64,000 nucleotides of DNA from Eubacterium sp. (GCA_963653425.1 CAVJWC010000004.1:21244-85243), one strand, 5' to 3'. Positions 26,352 to 36,335 are shown, counted from the stretch's first letter. Program-made: numbers and translations. Notes: generated by a model not told the origin, from the letters alone.

Positions 26352-27404
26352 ATGGTCAGGGATTTAATAGTAAAGCTTAAAGAAAACCGCAGTCTTTCTC
26401 ATTCCGAATGGGTTGAGGTTTTAAGTCGTTACACGGACGAAGACAGAGTTTTTGCCGAAAACGAAGCAAGAAATCTTACCGAAAGAATATTCGGCAGAAA
26501 GATTTTCTTCCGAGGAATAATCGAATTCACCAATTACTGCAAAAACGACTGCTACTACTGCGGAATAAGACGTTCCGACTTAAACGCCGTTCGCTACAGG
26601 CTTTCAAAGGAAGAAATTCTCGAATGCGCCCGAGAAGGCTACGCTTTGGGATACAGAACTTTCGTCCTTCAGGGCGGAGAAGACGCGTTTTTCACCGACG
26701 AAAGACTGATCGATATTATAAAAGCCATAAAGGCGGAATTCCCCGAATGCGCGATTACTTTATCCGTAGGCGAGCGCGACAGAGCTTCCTACGAAAAGCT
26801 GTTCGAAGCGGGCGCGGACAGATACCTTCTTCGTCACGAAACGGCAGACTGCAAGCTTTATAGTAAGCTTCACCCAAAGGAACTTTCACTCGAAAACAGA
26901 ATGAGATGTTTAAGAGACCTTAAAGAAATCGGTTTCCAGACGGGCGCGGGAATGATGATAGGCGCGCCTTATCAGACGGCGGAAGAACTTGCGGAAGACA
27001 TGGAATTTTTGTCCGAATTTAAGCCTCAGATGGTGGGTATAGGTCCGTTTATCCCCCATAAAGACACGCCCTTTTGCGGTTTTCCGTCGGGTAACGAAAA
27101 TCTGACTCTCTTTTGCCTGAGTCTCGTTCGGCTTATGCTTCCCTGTTCGCTTTTGCCCGCGACTACCGCGCTCGGAACGGTTGACGGACGGGGCAGACAA
27201 AAGGGCGTTCTTGCGGGCTGCAACGTCGTTATGCCCAATCTTTCGCCTTTGTCCGTCAGAAAAAAGTACCTTTTATACGACGGAAAGGCAGGAACCGACA
27301 GCGACGCCGAAGAAGGTCTTAAAGTCCTCAGAAAACAGATGGAAGAAATCGGCTACGAGGTCGTAACGGGCAGAGGAGACTATAAACGGGAGGAGAATTT
27401 ATGA
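26352..27404 (+). CDS. hydE: [FeFe]-hydrogenase H-cluster radical-SAM maturase HydE
   Basis: [19 protein letters not shown] (CX3CX2C), [19 protein letters not shown], and [14 protein letters not shown]...LPATTALGT all closely recall the T. maritima HydE sequence as I remember it. Confidence 0.85.
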   Translation: MVRDLIVKLKENRSLSHSEWVEVLSRYTDEDRVFAENEARNLTERIFGRKIFFRGIIEFTNYCKNDCYYCGIRRSDLNAVRYRLSKEEILECAREGYALGYRTFVLQGGEDAFFTDERLIDIIKAIKAEFPECAITLSVGERDRASYEKLFEAGADRYLLRHETADCKLYSKLHPKELSLENRMRCLRDLKEIGFQTGAGMMIGAPYQTAEELAEDMEFLSEFKPQMVGIGPFIPHKDTPFCGFPSGNENLTLFCLSLVRLMLPCSLLPATTALGTVDGRGRQKGVLAGCNVVMPNLSPLSVRKKYLLYDGKAGTDSDAEEGLKVLRKQMEEIGYEVVTGRGDYKREENL

Positions 27405-28165
27405 TAAGAATCGCGATTTACGGCAAAGGCGGAATAGGAAAATCCACGACGGTTTCCAATATTTCCGCGGCTCTTTCCGAAAAAGGGCTTAAAGTAATGC
27501 AGATAGGGTGCGATCCCAAAGCAGATTCCACGGTGAACCTTCTTCACGGTGAAAAAATCAATACCGCGCTCGATCTTATACGGGAAAAAGGCAACGATTT
27601 TGTGCTTTCCGATATGGTAAAAATCGGATTCGGAGGAGTGGTTTGCGCCGAAGCGGGCGGTCCCGTCCCCGGTCAGGGTTGTGCGGGAAGAGGTATTATA
27701 GCGGCACTTGAAAAGCTCGAAGAAAAAGGTGCGTACGAAGTCTATAAGCCCGACGTGGTTTTTTACGACGTTTTAGGCGACGTCGTGTGCGGAGGTTTTG
27801 CCATGCCCATGAGAGCAGGTTACGCGCAAAAGGTCTTTATTATAACTTCGGGCGAAAATATGGCTATCCACGCCGGTGCAAATATCGCCGTCGCCTTAGA
27901 TAACTTCAAAGGCAGAGGTTACGCCACGCTCGGAGGAATTATCCTTAACAGAAGGAACGTCCGTAACGAAGAAGAAAAGGTTGCGGAGCTTTGCGACGAC
28001 ATTCATTCGTCGATAACGGGAAGTCTTTCGTTCAGTCCCGTGGTTCAGGAAGCGGACGAGAAGAAGAAGACGGTTATCGAAGCTTTCCCGGACAGCGAAA
28101 TGGCGGAAGAATACAGAAAGCTTGCCGTAAGCGTGATAAAAGCCTGCGGAGGAGATATATGCTGA
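27401..28165 (+). CDS. NifH/BchL-family ATPase (nitrogenase iron-protein-like, short form, 254 aa)
   Basis: [15 protein letters not shown]-loop, [12 protein letters not shown], and both cluster Cys ([18 protein letters not shown]). Confidence 0.85.
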   Translation: MIRIAIYGKGGIGKSTTVSNISAALSEKGLKVMQIGCDPKADSTVNLLHGEKINTALDLIREKGNDFVLSDMVKIGFGGVVCAEAGGPVPGQGCAGRGIIAALEKLEEKGAYEVYKPDVVFYDVLGDVVCGGFAMPMRAGYAQKVFIITSGENMAIHAGANIAVALDNFKGRGYATLGGIILNRRNVRNEEEKVAELCDDIHSSITGSLSFSPVVQEADEKKKTVIEAFPDSEMAEEYRKLAVSVIKACGGDIC

Positions 28166-29472
28166 AAAGATTGGGCGAAAGCGCGGATATAAAGCCCGTT
28201 AAGATTTCCGAAGCCTCTTTTCCGTCGCCCTTTTCCTCGGGTCTCGAATATTCGGCGCCCGCGAGAGGCGTTTTCAACATAGTCCACACGGGTATGCTTA
28301 TACCCGAAATTCACGAAATTTTCGTGTGCGCGCAGGGTTGTCTCAGAGGAGTGGTTTTAACCGCTGCGGAAATGGGTGCGCAGGAGAGATTCTCTACAGT
28401 TACCGTCAAGGAAAACAACCTTCTTGAAGGCGATATGGAAAGCCTTATAATAGAAGGCGTTTCGGATATTCTTTCAAGGCTCGGTTCGGTTCCGCCCGCC
28501 GTTCTCGTATATACGAGTTGCATCCATCATTTTACGGGGTGTGACCTTAACTACTGCTACGCCGAGCTGAGAAAGAGATTCCCGTCGGTTGAGTTTACCG
28601 ACTGTTATATGAACCCCATTATGCGTAAAAGCGGACTTACGCCCGATCAGATTATGCGCAAACAGCTTTACAGCCTGTTAACGCCAATGAGTTCCGACGG
28701 CGGAATAAATATCATCGGGAACAACTATTCAACGGACGACGAAAGCGACATAGTAAAGCTTATATTAAAGTCGGGAAGGAAACTCAGAGAAGTCACGAGA
28801 TGCAGTAGCTACTCGGAATACAAAGAAATGGCTATGTCTGCGCTTAACGTGAGCTACAACCCGTCGGCTCGCGCTGGCGGAGAAGCTCTCGGAAAAAGGC
28901 TTAACCGAAAACACCTGTTTTTGCCTATGAGCTTCTCGGAAGACAAGATAATCCGTAATATGACCTTGCTTTCAAACGAACTCAACGTAAGTTACGACTG
29001 CGAAGAAGATAAAGAACGCGCCGTAGAAGCCATTAAAAAAGCCCGTAAAGCGGTTGGCGACCGTCCCGTCGCCGTGGACTATACGGCTGTCATTGCGCCA
29101 CTCAGCCTCATAAAACTGCTCGTAGAATTCGGTTTCAACGTCAAAAGGTTTTATACCGATTCTTTTATGCCTATGGAAAGAGAAGAATTCGACTATCTTA
29201 AAGAGAATCTTCCGAATCTTGAAATTCTGCCGACCGTCCGTCCCGAAATGGGAGTAGCAGGCAGGAATCAACCCGAATTCCTTTGCGTGGGACAGAAATC
29301 CGCCTATTTTACGGGTACGAAAAACTTCGTGAATATCGTCGAAGGCGCGGGTTTATACGGGTTTTACGGCATAAGGAGAATTGCTGAACTCATAGAAGAA
29401 GCGAATGCCACGGAAAAAGAAGCGCGCGACTGCATTCAGCAAAAAGGTTGGGGGTGCAACTGCTGTTTATGA
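28159..29472 (+). CDS. Nitrogenase component-1-type (NifD/NifE/BchN-like) protein, 437 aa
   Basis: ATG 28159 overlaps the upstream stop. It has Cys at 57/61/121 and a family-like strand [13 protein letters not shown]...[10 protein letters not shown]. The tail is Cys-rich (GWGCNCCL). Confidence 0.65.
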   Translation: MLKRLGESADIKPVKISEASFPSPFSSGLEYSAPARGVFNIVHTGMLIPEIHEIFVCAQGCLRGVVLTAAEMGAQERFSTVTVKENNLLEGDMESLIIEGVSDILSRLGSVPPAVLVYTSCIHHFTGCDLNYCYAELRKRFPSVEFTDCYMNPIMRKSGLTPDQIMRKQLYSLLTPMSSDGGINIIGNNYSTDDESDIVKLILKSGRKLREVTRCSSYSEYKEMAMSALNVSYNPSARAGGEALGKRLNRKHLFLPMSFSEDKIIRNMTLLSNELNVSYDCEEDKERAVEAIKKARKAVGDRPVAVDYTAVIAPLSLIKLLVEFGFNVKRFYTDSFMPMEREEFDYLKENLPNLEILPTVRPEMGVAGRNQPEFLCVGQKSAYFTGTKNFVNIVEGAGLYGFYGIRRIAELIEEANATEKEARDCIQQKGWGCNCCL

Positions 29473-30584
29473 AACAAACTCAGAAGATAATTTCCACTTA
29501 CACGGCGGACGTTTCGGGCGTATGCTCGGCGCTATACGAACTCGAAGGAATGACGGTTATACACGACGCGTCGGGCTGTAATTCCACCTATAACACTCAC
29601 GACGAACCTCGTTGGTACGACAGTCCGAGTCTCGTTTTCATATCGGGACTTACCGAAACCGAGGCTATTATGGGGGACGACGAGAAACTCGTCCGCGACA
29701 TAACCGAAACCGCAAAGGAATTAAAACCGCGTTTTATAGCCATAGCGGGTTCGCCCGTTCCTATGATGACGGGGTGCGACATTCCTGCGATTGCGCGCGA
29801 AACGGAAGCCTTGACGGGCATTCCTTCCTTCGGTTTTCAGACGAGCGGAATGCATTCCTACGTTTCAGGCGCGGGAGAGGCGCTTGAGGCGTATATCGAT
29901 CGTTTCGCGGAACGAAAAGAGAAGAAGAAAAGAAGCGCGAATATCTTAGGCGTAACGCCCGTGGATTTTTCGGTTAACGGGCAGAACGAGAGTATGAAAA
30001 CCTTTCTTATCGAAAACGGATGGGAGGTTATAAGTACGGTAGCTCAGGGAAGTTCACGGCAGGAAATCGCTCTTACGGCTCAGGCGGAAGTCAACCTCGT
30101 CGTCTCTTCCGTAGGACTTAAAACCGCCCGCCTTCTTTATAAGAAGTTCGGAACGCCCTACGTCATAGGTACGCCCTACGGAAAAGAATTCGGAAATCGT
30201 CTCGTTCGTATGATGGAAAAATCCTCGGAAACGGGAGAAAACGCAGTGGGGTTCGGTGACTTTGCGGGTTTCGGCGACGTCTTTATTATAGGCGAATGCG
30301 TAACTTCCCGTTCTTTGGCTATGGCTATAAACATTAAATACGGCAAAGAAGTCCGCGTTATCTGTCCGCTTGAAATGAGCGAAGGACTGCTTTCTACTGG
30401 CGACTACGCTTTATCGGAAGAAGAGGACGTCGAAAACGCGCTTAAAAACGCTTCCGCCGTTATAGCCGATCCGCTTTATAAGCCCATAGTTCCCAAGTCC
30501 GCGAAGTTTTTCGCTCTTCCGCACGAAGGCTTTTCGGGCAGACTTTACAGAAAGAACATTCCCGACCTTATAAAAGGAATATAG
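29469..30584 (+). CDS. Nitrogenase component-1-type (NifK/NifN/BchB-like) protein, 371 aa
   Basis: ATGA overlap with the upstream gene. Motifs include YTADVSGVCSAL, IHDASGCNS, LTETEAIMGDDEKL and AIAGSPVPMMTGCD. Confidence 0.65.
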   Translation: MKQTQKIISTYTADVSGVCSALYELEGMTVIHDASGCNSTYNTHDEPRWYDSPSLVFISGLTETEAIMGDDEKLVRDITETAKELKPRFIAIAGSPVPMMTGCDIPAIARETEALTGIPSFGFQTSGMHSYVSGAGEALEAYIDRFAERKEKKKRSANILGVTPVDFSVNGQNESMKTFLIENGWEVISTVAQGSSRQEIALTAQAEVNLVVSSVGLKTARLLYKKFGTPYVIGTPYGKEFGNRLVRMMEKSSETGENAVGFGDFAGFGDVFIIGECVTSRSLAMAINIKYGKEVRVICPLEMSEGLLSTGDYALSEEEDVENALKNASAVIADPLYKPIVPKSAKFFALPHEGFSGRLYRKNIPDLIKGI

Positions 30585-30753
30585 CGGAGTTCTTCCCTGC
30601 TTAATCGAAGGAATATAATCCTTTCGGTTTAGTCAAAGGAACGTAAAAACGCTTTGGTTTAATCGAGCGTACAAAACGAAGACGTTGACGTTACGAAAAA
30701 CGAAAAAGTAACGTTCGATAGGATATAAAAACCAATTGAAAAAGGAGAAAAAT

Positions 30754-31866
30754 ATGAAAAAAACAGTATTGATTTTACTGCTCGTGTGCCTTACGCTGAC
30801 GCTTTGCGCCTGCCCGTCGCCCGAGCCTCAACCCGACGCAGACACGATTACCGTGACCGACCACGCGGGAAACCAAGTTACTCTTCCCAAAGAAATCAAC
30901 AGAATAGTAGTCGCGGATATATTTCCGCTTCCGTCAATTCTCTCGGTGTTTTTCGGTTCCGCAAGCAAGCTTGTGGGCATAGCGCCTACAAGTATGGCTG
31001 CCGCTAAAAACAGCCTTCTTTCCGAGCTTTATCCCGAAATTCTGAACGCCGAAACGAGTTTTATGCAGGGCGCCGTCGTTAATGCGGAAGAACTCGCAAA
31101 ACTCAGACCCGACGTCGTTTTCGTAAGCACGGGAAGCGCGAAACAGGGCGAAACTTTAAGAAACGCAGGCTTTAACGTAGTGGAAATTTCCGCAAGCAAG
31201 TGGGAATACAACGCAATCGAAACGCTTAACGAGTGGATAAGTCTGCTTTCCGAAATCTTCCCCGCAAGTCAGGAAAGAGCTGAGCTTGCAAAGAAAGCCA
31301 GCCTCGAAGCTTACGACCTCGTAACAAAGAGAGTAAGTTCGCTTAAAACCGAAGAAAAGAAACGCGTGTTCTTTATGTTCCAGTACGGCAAAGACAACAT
31401 TCTGACTTCGGGCAAGAACTTCTTCGGTCAGTGGTGGGCGGAAGCTATGGGCGCGGTCAACGTTGCGGAAGAACTTACCAAAGATAATTCCGTAGCCGTA
31501 AATCTCGAACAGGTTATAGAATGGAATCCCGATATAATCTTCATTACCAACTTCACTACGGCTCAGCCCAAAGACCTTTACGAAAACACTATAGGCAACT
31601 ACGACTGGTCGGAAGTTTCGGCTGTCAAGAACAGAAAGGTATATAAAATGCCTCTCGGTATGTACAGAAGCTACACGCCCGGCATAGATACGCCCGTAAC
31701 TCTTCTCTGGTTTGCAAAGACGGCTTACCCCGAGCTTTTCGGCGACATAGACATAATTGATGAAGTTATAAGCTACTATAAGGACGTTTTCGGAGCGGAA
31801 CTCACTAAGGCTCAGGCTGAATCCATCTTTGCTCCCTCGGGAAACGCAGGAAAAATCGATTATTAG
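30754..31866 (+). CDS. ABC substrate-binding lipoprotein, FhuD/BtuF (chelate-binding) type
   Basis: MKKTVLILLLVCLTLTLCAC lipobox. ITVTDHAGNQVTLPKEINRIVV... is typical of cluster-A binding proteins. The start is ATG 30754, with AAGGAG at 30742-30747. Confidence 0.8.
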   Translation: MKKTVLILLLVCLTLTLCACPSPEPQPDADTITVTDHAGNQVTLPKEINRIVVADIFPLPSILSVFFGSASKLVGIAPTSMAAAKNSLLSELYPEILNAETSFMQGAVVNAEELAKLRPDVVFVSTGSAKQGETLRNAGFNVVEISASKWEYNAIETLNEWISLLSEIFPASQERAELAKKASLEAYDLVTKRVSSLKTEEKKRVFFMFQYGKDNILTSGKNFFGQWWAEAMGAVNVAEELTKDNSVAVNLEQVIEWNPDIIFITNFTTAQPKDLYENTIGNYDWSEVSAVKNRKVYKMPLGMYRSYTPGIDTPVTLLWFAKTAYPELFGDIDIIDEVISYYKDVFGAELTKAQAESIFAPSGNAGKIDY

Positions 31867-31876
31867 GAGATAAACT

Positions 31877-33079
31877 ATGGGACTTAACGATACGCCTTCT
31901 TCCGAAAGAGTGCATATAGGATTTTTCGGACTGAGAAACGCGGGAAAATCCAGTCTCGTCAACGCCGTTACGGGACAGAACCTTTCCCTCGTTTCCGAGA
32001 TAAAGGGAACGACTACCGATCCCGTTCAGAAAACCATGGAGCTTCTTCCCATTGGTCCCGTGGTAATCATAGATACCCCCGGCATTGACGACAGCGGTTC
32101 GTTGGGCGAAATGCGGGTTACCCGGGCAAGAAGAATGCTTGATAAAACCGATATAGCCGTTCTCGTAGTTGACGCCACTTTGGGACTTAACGGCGGAGAT
32201 AAGGAACTTATCGAACTGTTCACCGAAATGAAGATTCCTTATATCGTCGCTATGAATAAGTGCGACCTCCTCACTAAAATACCCGAAACCAAAGATAACG
32301 TTATCTACGTAAGCGCGGAAAAACGTCTGAACGTTTACGAGCTTAAAGAAATGATAGGCAGGCTTTCTGGAGTGCAGGATAAAGGCAAAAGGCTTATAGG
32401 CGACCTGATTTCAAAAAAAGACGTAATAATTCTCGTTACGCCCGTAGATTCGGCTGCTCCGAAGGCAAGACTTATTCTTCCTCAGCAGGAAACAATACGT
32501 GACATTCTCGATTCCGACGCGATAAACGTCGTGGTCAAAGAAACCGAACTTAAGGACGCTCTTGAACTTCTTAGCGGAAAAGTCAGAATGGTTGTTACCG
32601 ACTCTCAGGCTTTCGGAAAGGTCAGCAAAGAAACTCCCGAAGACATTCTGCTTACCTCCTTTTCCATACTGTTTGCCCGCTATAAAGGCGAACTCGACGA
32701 AGCTGTGAAGGGCGCGACTGCTCTTAAAACATTGAAGGACGGCGACAAAGTGCTTATCTCCGAAGGCTGTACTCACCACAGACAGTGCGGAGACATAGGC
32801 TCGGTGAAGCTTCCGAATTGGATAAGCGGTTTTACGGGCAGGAAACTTTCCTTCGATTTCACGTCGGGCGGAACTTTCCCCCAAGACCTTTCGGAATACG
32901 CTCTGGTCGTCCATTGCGGAGCGTGTATGCTCAACGAACGCGAAATGCATTCCCGCATAGAAAAGGCAAGAAACGCAGGCGTTCCCATAACCAATTACGG
33001 AATAGCCATAGCTATGATTCACGGCATATTGAAGCGTTCGCTTTCGCCCTTTCCCGAGCTTATAAAGAGGTATTTTTAA
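31877..33079 (+). CDS. hydF: [FeFe]-hydrogenase H-cluster maturation GTPase HydF
   Basis: G1 motif GLRNAGKSSL, G3 DTPGIDD, G4 NKCD, and C-terminal cluster motif EGCTHHRQC...VHCGACM. Confidence 0.85.
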   Translation: MGLNDTPSSERVHIGFFGLRNAGKSSLVNAVTGQNLSLVSEIKGTTTDPVQKTMELLPIGPVVIIDTPGIDDSGSLGEMRVTRARRMLDKTDIAVLVVDATLGLNGGDKELIELFTEMKIPYIVAMNKCDLLTKIPETKDNVIYVSAEKRLNVYELKEMIGRLSGVQDKGKRLIGDLISKKDVIILVTPVDSAAPKARLILPQQETIRDILDSDAINVVVKETELKDALELLSGKVRMVVTDSQAFGKVSKETPEDILLTSFSILFARYKGELDEAVKGATALKTLKDGDKVLISEGCTHHRQCGDIGSVKLPNWISGFTGRKLSFDFTSGGTFPQDLSEYALVVHCGACMLNEREMHSRIEKARNAGVPITNYGIAIAMIHGILKRSLSPFPELIKRYF

Positions 33080-33161
33080 CGGTAAAACTCAACGTACGGC
33101 GTTAGTGTGTTCTTGTTTCTGTCAAAAGGATAAAATTATAAACCGTAATGCCGAAACTTAA

Positions 33162-33187
33162 AGAGCAGTGCAAACTGCTCTTTTTTA
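33162..33187 (+). terminator. Intrinsic terminator after hydF
   Basis: agagcag-tgcaaa-ctgctct followed by TTTTTT. Confidence 0.8.
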
Positions 33188-33298
33188 TACGGATTTATAC
33201 AGAACGTTTGTGACTATATGGGAATGAGCTTTGCTTATAAGAAAGCTTTAACCGTTTGTCCGAAAGCCGACGACCGATTACGTTCGCGCGGTAAACGC

Positions 33299-33327
33299 TT
33301 GACAGTGGCGAAAAAGCGTACTATAAT
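33299..33327 (+). promoter_or_regulatory. Consensus sigma-70 promoter of the MATE gene
   Basis: TTGACA, 17-bp spacer, TATAAT. Confidence 0.6.
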
Positions 33328-33359
33328 AAACGGGTTGTGTATTTACGGAGGTAGAAAAA

Positions 33360-34709
33360 ATGAAGTCGCCGACAGCAAAAAACGCGATTAAATTATCCGA
33401 TCATTTTAATTACGGTAAGCTTTTAAGGTTTACTCTCCCGTCCATCGTAATGATGATTTTTACGTCTATTTACAGCATAGTAGACGGCTTTTTCGTATCC
33501 AATTTCGTAGGAAAAACGGCTTTTGCGGCGGTTAATTTCGCTATGCCTCTTCTTATGATAATGGGTTGCGTGGGCTTTATGTTCGGTTCGGGCGGAAGCG
33601 CGCTTATCTCCAAGTTCTTAGGCGAAGGCAATAGCGAAAAAGCAAACTCCGCCTTTTCTTTTATAGTTTACTGCGCCGGAGTTATAGGTATTATCCTTGC
33701 CGTTCTCGGTGAAATCTTCGCGCGCTCGCTTATTTCTCTTATGGGAGCTTCGGGCGAACTTCTCGATCAGGCGGTGCTTTACAGCAGAATATACCTTATA
33801 GGTCTGCCCTTTTTCGTTCTGCAATACGAATTCCAGTGTCTTTTCGCAACGGCTGAAAAACCAAAACTCGGTCTTTTCGTAACCTTGGCTGCGGGATTCA
33901 CCAATATAATTCTCGACGCGGTTTTCGTTATGGCGTTTAATTGGGGACTTATAGGAGCCGCGGTAGCGACCGTTCTCAGTATGGTTGTGGGCGGATTTGT
34001 CCCTCTGGTTTACTTTATGAGAAAGAACGACAGTCTTTTAAGACTTACCAAGTGCGGTTTCGACAGGAGCGTGCTTTTCAAGACCTGTACCAACGGTTCT
34101 TCTGAATTTTTAAGCAACATTTCCATGTCCGTCGTAAGTATGCTCTATAATCTTCAGCTTATGAAATACGCGGGCGAAAACGGAATATCCGCATACGGCG
34201 TTCTTATGTACGTATCGATGATTTTTCAGGCGATATTCATAGGTTACGCGGTGGGCGTAGCGCCCGTCACGGGCTACAATTTCGGCGCGCAGAACAAGGC
34301 TGAACTTAAAAACGTTTTAAGAAAGAGTTTCGTTATCATAGGAATAGCGGCGGTGGCAATGTTCGGCGCGGGCGAACTTTTTTCGCATCCCCTTGCAAAG
34401 CTTTTCGTAGGATACGACGAAGAACTTATGGAAATGACCAACCACGCTTTCAGAATATTCTCCTTCTCCTTCCTGTTCTGCGGTTTCACGATATACGTTT
34501 CGTCTTTCTTTACCGCACTCAACGACGGACTGACTTCCGCGCTCGTTTCCTGTCTCAGAACGTTGGTATTTCAGATTGCAAGCGTAATCGTCTTCCCGCT
34601 TTTATGGCAACTCGACGGAATATGGCTTTCTATCGTCGCTGCGGAAGTTATGGCGATAATCGTTTCCTTCACGTTCCTTAAAATAAAGCAGAAGAAGTTC
34701 GGCTATTAA
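33360..34709 (+). CDS. MATE-family efflux transporter
   Basis: A 449-aa protein with ~12 TM segments. The N-terminus ...LLRFTLPSIVMMIFTSIYSIVDGFFVSNFVGKTAFAAVNFAMPL is typical of MATE. Confidence 0.85.
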   Translation: MKSPTAKNAIKLSDHFNYGKLLRFTLPSIVMMIFTSIYSIVDGFFVSNFVGKTAFAAVNFAMPLLMIMGCVGFMFGSGGSALISKFLGEGNSEKANSAFSFIVYCAGVIGIILAVLGEIFARSLISLMGASGELLDQAVLYSRIYLIGLPFFVLQYEFQCLFATAEKPKLGLFVTLAAGFTNIILDAVFVMAFNWGLIGAAVATVLSMVVGGFVPLVYFMRKNDSLLRLTKCGFDRSVLFKTCTNGSSEFLSNISMSVVSMLYNLQLMKYAGENGISAYGVLMYVSMIFQAIFIGYAVGVAPVTGYNFGAQNKAELKNVLRKSFVIIGIAAVAMFGAGELFSHPLAKLFVGYDEELMEMTNHAFRIFSFSFLFCGFTIYVSSFFTALNDGLTSALVSCLRTLVFQIASVIVFPLLWQLDGIWLSIVAAEVMAIIVSFTFLKIKQKKFGY

Positions 34710-34958
34710 GCCTCAAAGATAACTTCGGATTGCCCGGAATTCCGAGAAATTGCCGACAACTCAGAACGCTGAGGTAAATTCGGCTTGTTTGTCGGCTTAA
34801 AATCAAGACGCACATTCCCTTGACTTAAACGGGAAAAACCCGACGAAAAAAACGAAAATTGTAGCAATAGTGAAAAATTTGCCGAAAAGGGTTGAAAAAC
34901 CGTTCTTCGTGTGGTATAATCCGTATAGAATGGGGAGAAGCCCGAAGGACGGAAAATT

Positions 34959-35810
34959 ATGAAGAAATTTGCGGTAGTACTGCTATGTTTCGTTATCATC
35001 TCAGCCACCTTGGTGTTCGGAAGCTACTTTTATATGAAGCAGTCTTACGGTATAGACGTTTTCGTCGCCATAGGTCAGTTTGAAAAGCTTTCGGAAAAGG
35101 TGGACGAAAAAAGCGTTTTTCCGATGAAATTCAGCGAAGAGGACGCGTCGGCGGCATTCGAAAGCGTCAACAGTTGCGGAACGGACGTTATTACCTGTAA
35201 CGAAAAGGGAGAGTGCGTTTTTAATTACCGGTCGGGCAAAATGACGCGCGCGGTTATACTTACCGAAAAGCAAACGGCAGGTCTTCTTTCCGTGCTTATG
35301 AAAAACTCCTCGGGCAGTCTTACCGTCGGGGACAAAGAGCTTTCCGCCGAAGTTATTCAGGTTATTATCGATAACGTTGACGAAAAGGGCGGAGCGGAGG
35401 TAAAACTTACACTGAAGATAAAAACGGACAACCTCAAAAAGTTCATGAACGCCTTTCCGAGCAGCGTTATGAGAGGACTTTTTCCCGACGAATTGTACGT
35501 TACGTCGGTTTTCCGTATGGAAAAGAGCGACTCGGAGTTTTCTTTCGAAGTTAAACCGCAAAGCCTTTTGTTAAACGGTTTTTCGTCTGCCGAAACGCAG
35601 GATATTCTGAATTCTTTGGGTTCGTTCGTGAAAATCGACGCCGACGTTTTCAATTCCGCGCTCGCGGAGACCTTTACGGGACTTCTTATCGGAACGGACG
35701 AAAACCTCGGTTTCGCAACATCGCTCAAAGCCTTGGGCGCGAAAGACGTGAAGTTCGCCGACCTTTCCGCAGGCGCCGGTTTCGAAAAAGTCTTCGCCGT
35801 CGTCATTTAA
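34959..35810 (+). CDS. Hypothetical membrane-anchored protein (one N-terminal TM helix)
   Basis: An ORF with an RBS-like GAAGGA upstream. I recognise no family. Confidence 0.45.
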   Translation: MKKFAVVLLCFVIISATLVFGSYFYMKQSYGIDVFVAIGQFEKLSEKVDEKSVFPMKFSEEDASAAFESVNSCGTDVITCNEKGECVFNYRSGKMTRAVILTEKQTAGLLSVLMKNSSGSLTVGDKELSAEVIQVIIDNVDEKGGAEVKLTLKIKTDNLKKFMNAFPSSVMRGLFPDELYVTSVFRMEKSDSEFSFEVKPQSLLLNGFSSAETQDILNSLGSFVKIDADVFNSALAETFTGLLIGTDENLGFATSLKALGAKDVKFADLSAGAGFEKVFAVVI

Positions 35811-35964
35811 TCGCAGAACCAAACGAGACTCCCTGCAATATTTAAGCAGAGGACATAACAAGACCCTCCTGCAACGTTTAAGCAAAGAACAAAAAAGACT
35901 TTCCGGCAACGTTTAAGCAAAGAATCAAACGAGAGAGAACCCTTGCAAAAAGTAATCTCGTATA

Positions 35965-36335
35965 CCCTAAAAAACAGGCGATTTCGGTAACTTCAAAATA
36001 AAAAACGAAACTACTCGGTAAATTTGAGATAAAAACAAAGATATTCGGGAATTTTAAGCGACATAAAAGAATGCTTGGTAATTTGAGATAAAAAACAGAG
36101 ACATTCTGTAACTTGAGATAAAAAACAAAGATATTCTGTAACTTTGAGAGACATAAAAACAAGAATATCAGGCAAACTTTGAGATAAAACCGGAGACATT
36201 CGGTAACTGCAAGATAAAAAGCAAGAATGCTTGGTAATTTGGGACAAAAACGAAGATATTCGGTAAATTAAGATAAAAACAGAGACGTTTATCACCCTTC
36301 GATATAAAAACAAAGACGTTTATCAATCTTCAATA
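35965..36335. repeat. Degenerate ~30-bp minisatellite, ~12 units (gagataaaaacaaagatattcggtaattt)
   Basis: Anchor motif spacing is 31,30,30,30,30,34,31,31,29,29,31 bp. Each unit contains an A5-6 tract. Confidence 0.7.

Noticed and set aside
27401-30584. A genuine nifHDK nitrogenase operon
   Set aside because: All three proteins are much shorter than NifH/D/K, and I cannot place the full set of P-cluster and FeMo-co ligands. No nifB/E/N/V or Mo-transport genes are present, and the genes are embedded in a hydE-hydF operon.
35965-36335. Regular ~30-bp repeat array that could be mistaken for a CRISPR array
   Set aside because: There is no alternation of conserved repeats with unique spacers. The entire 30-bp unit is one degenerate, AT-rich repeat, no cas genes are nearby, and there is no leader-like asymmetry.
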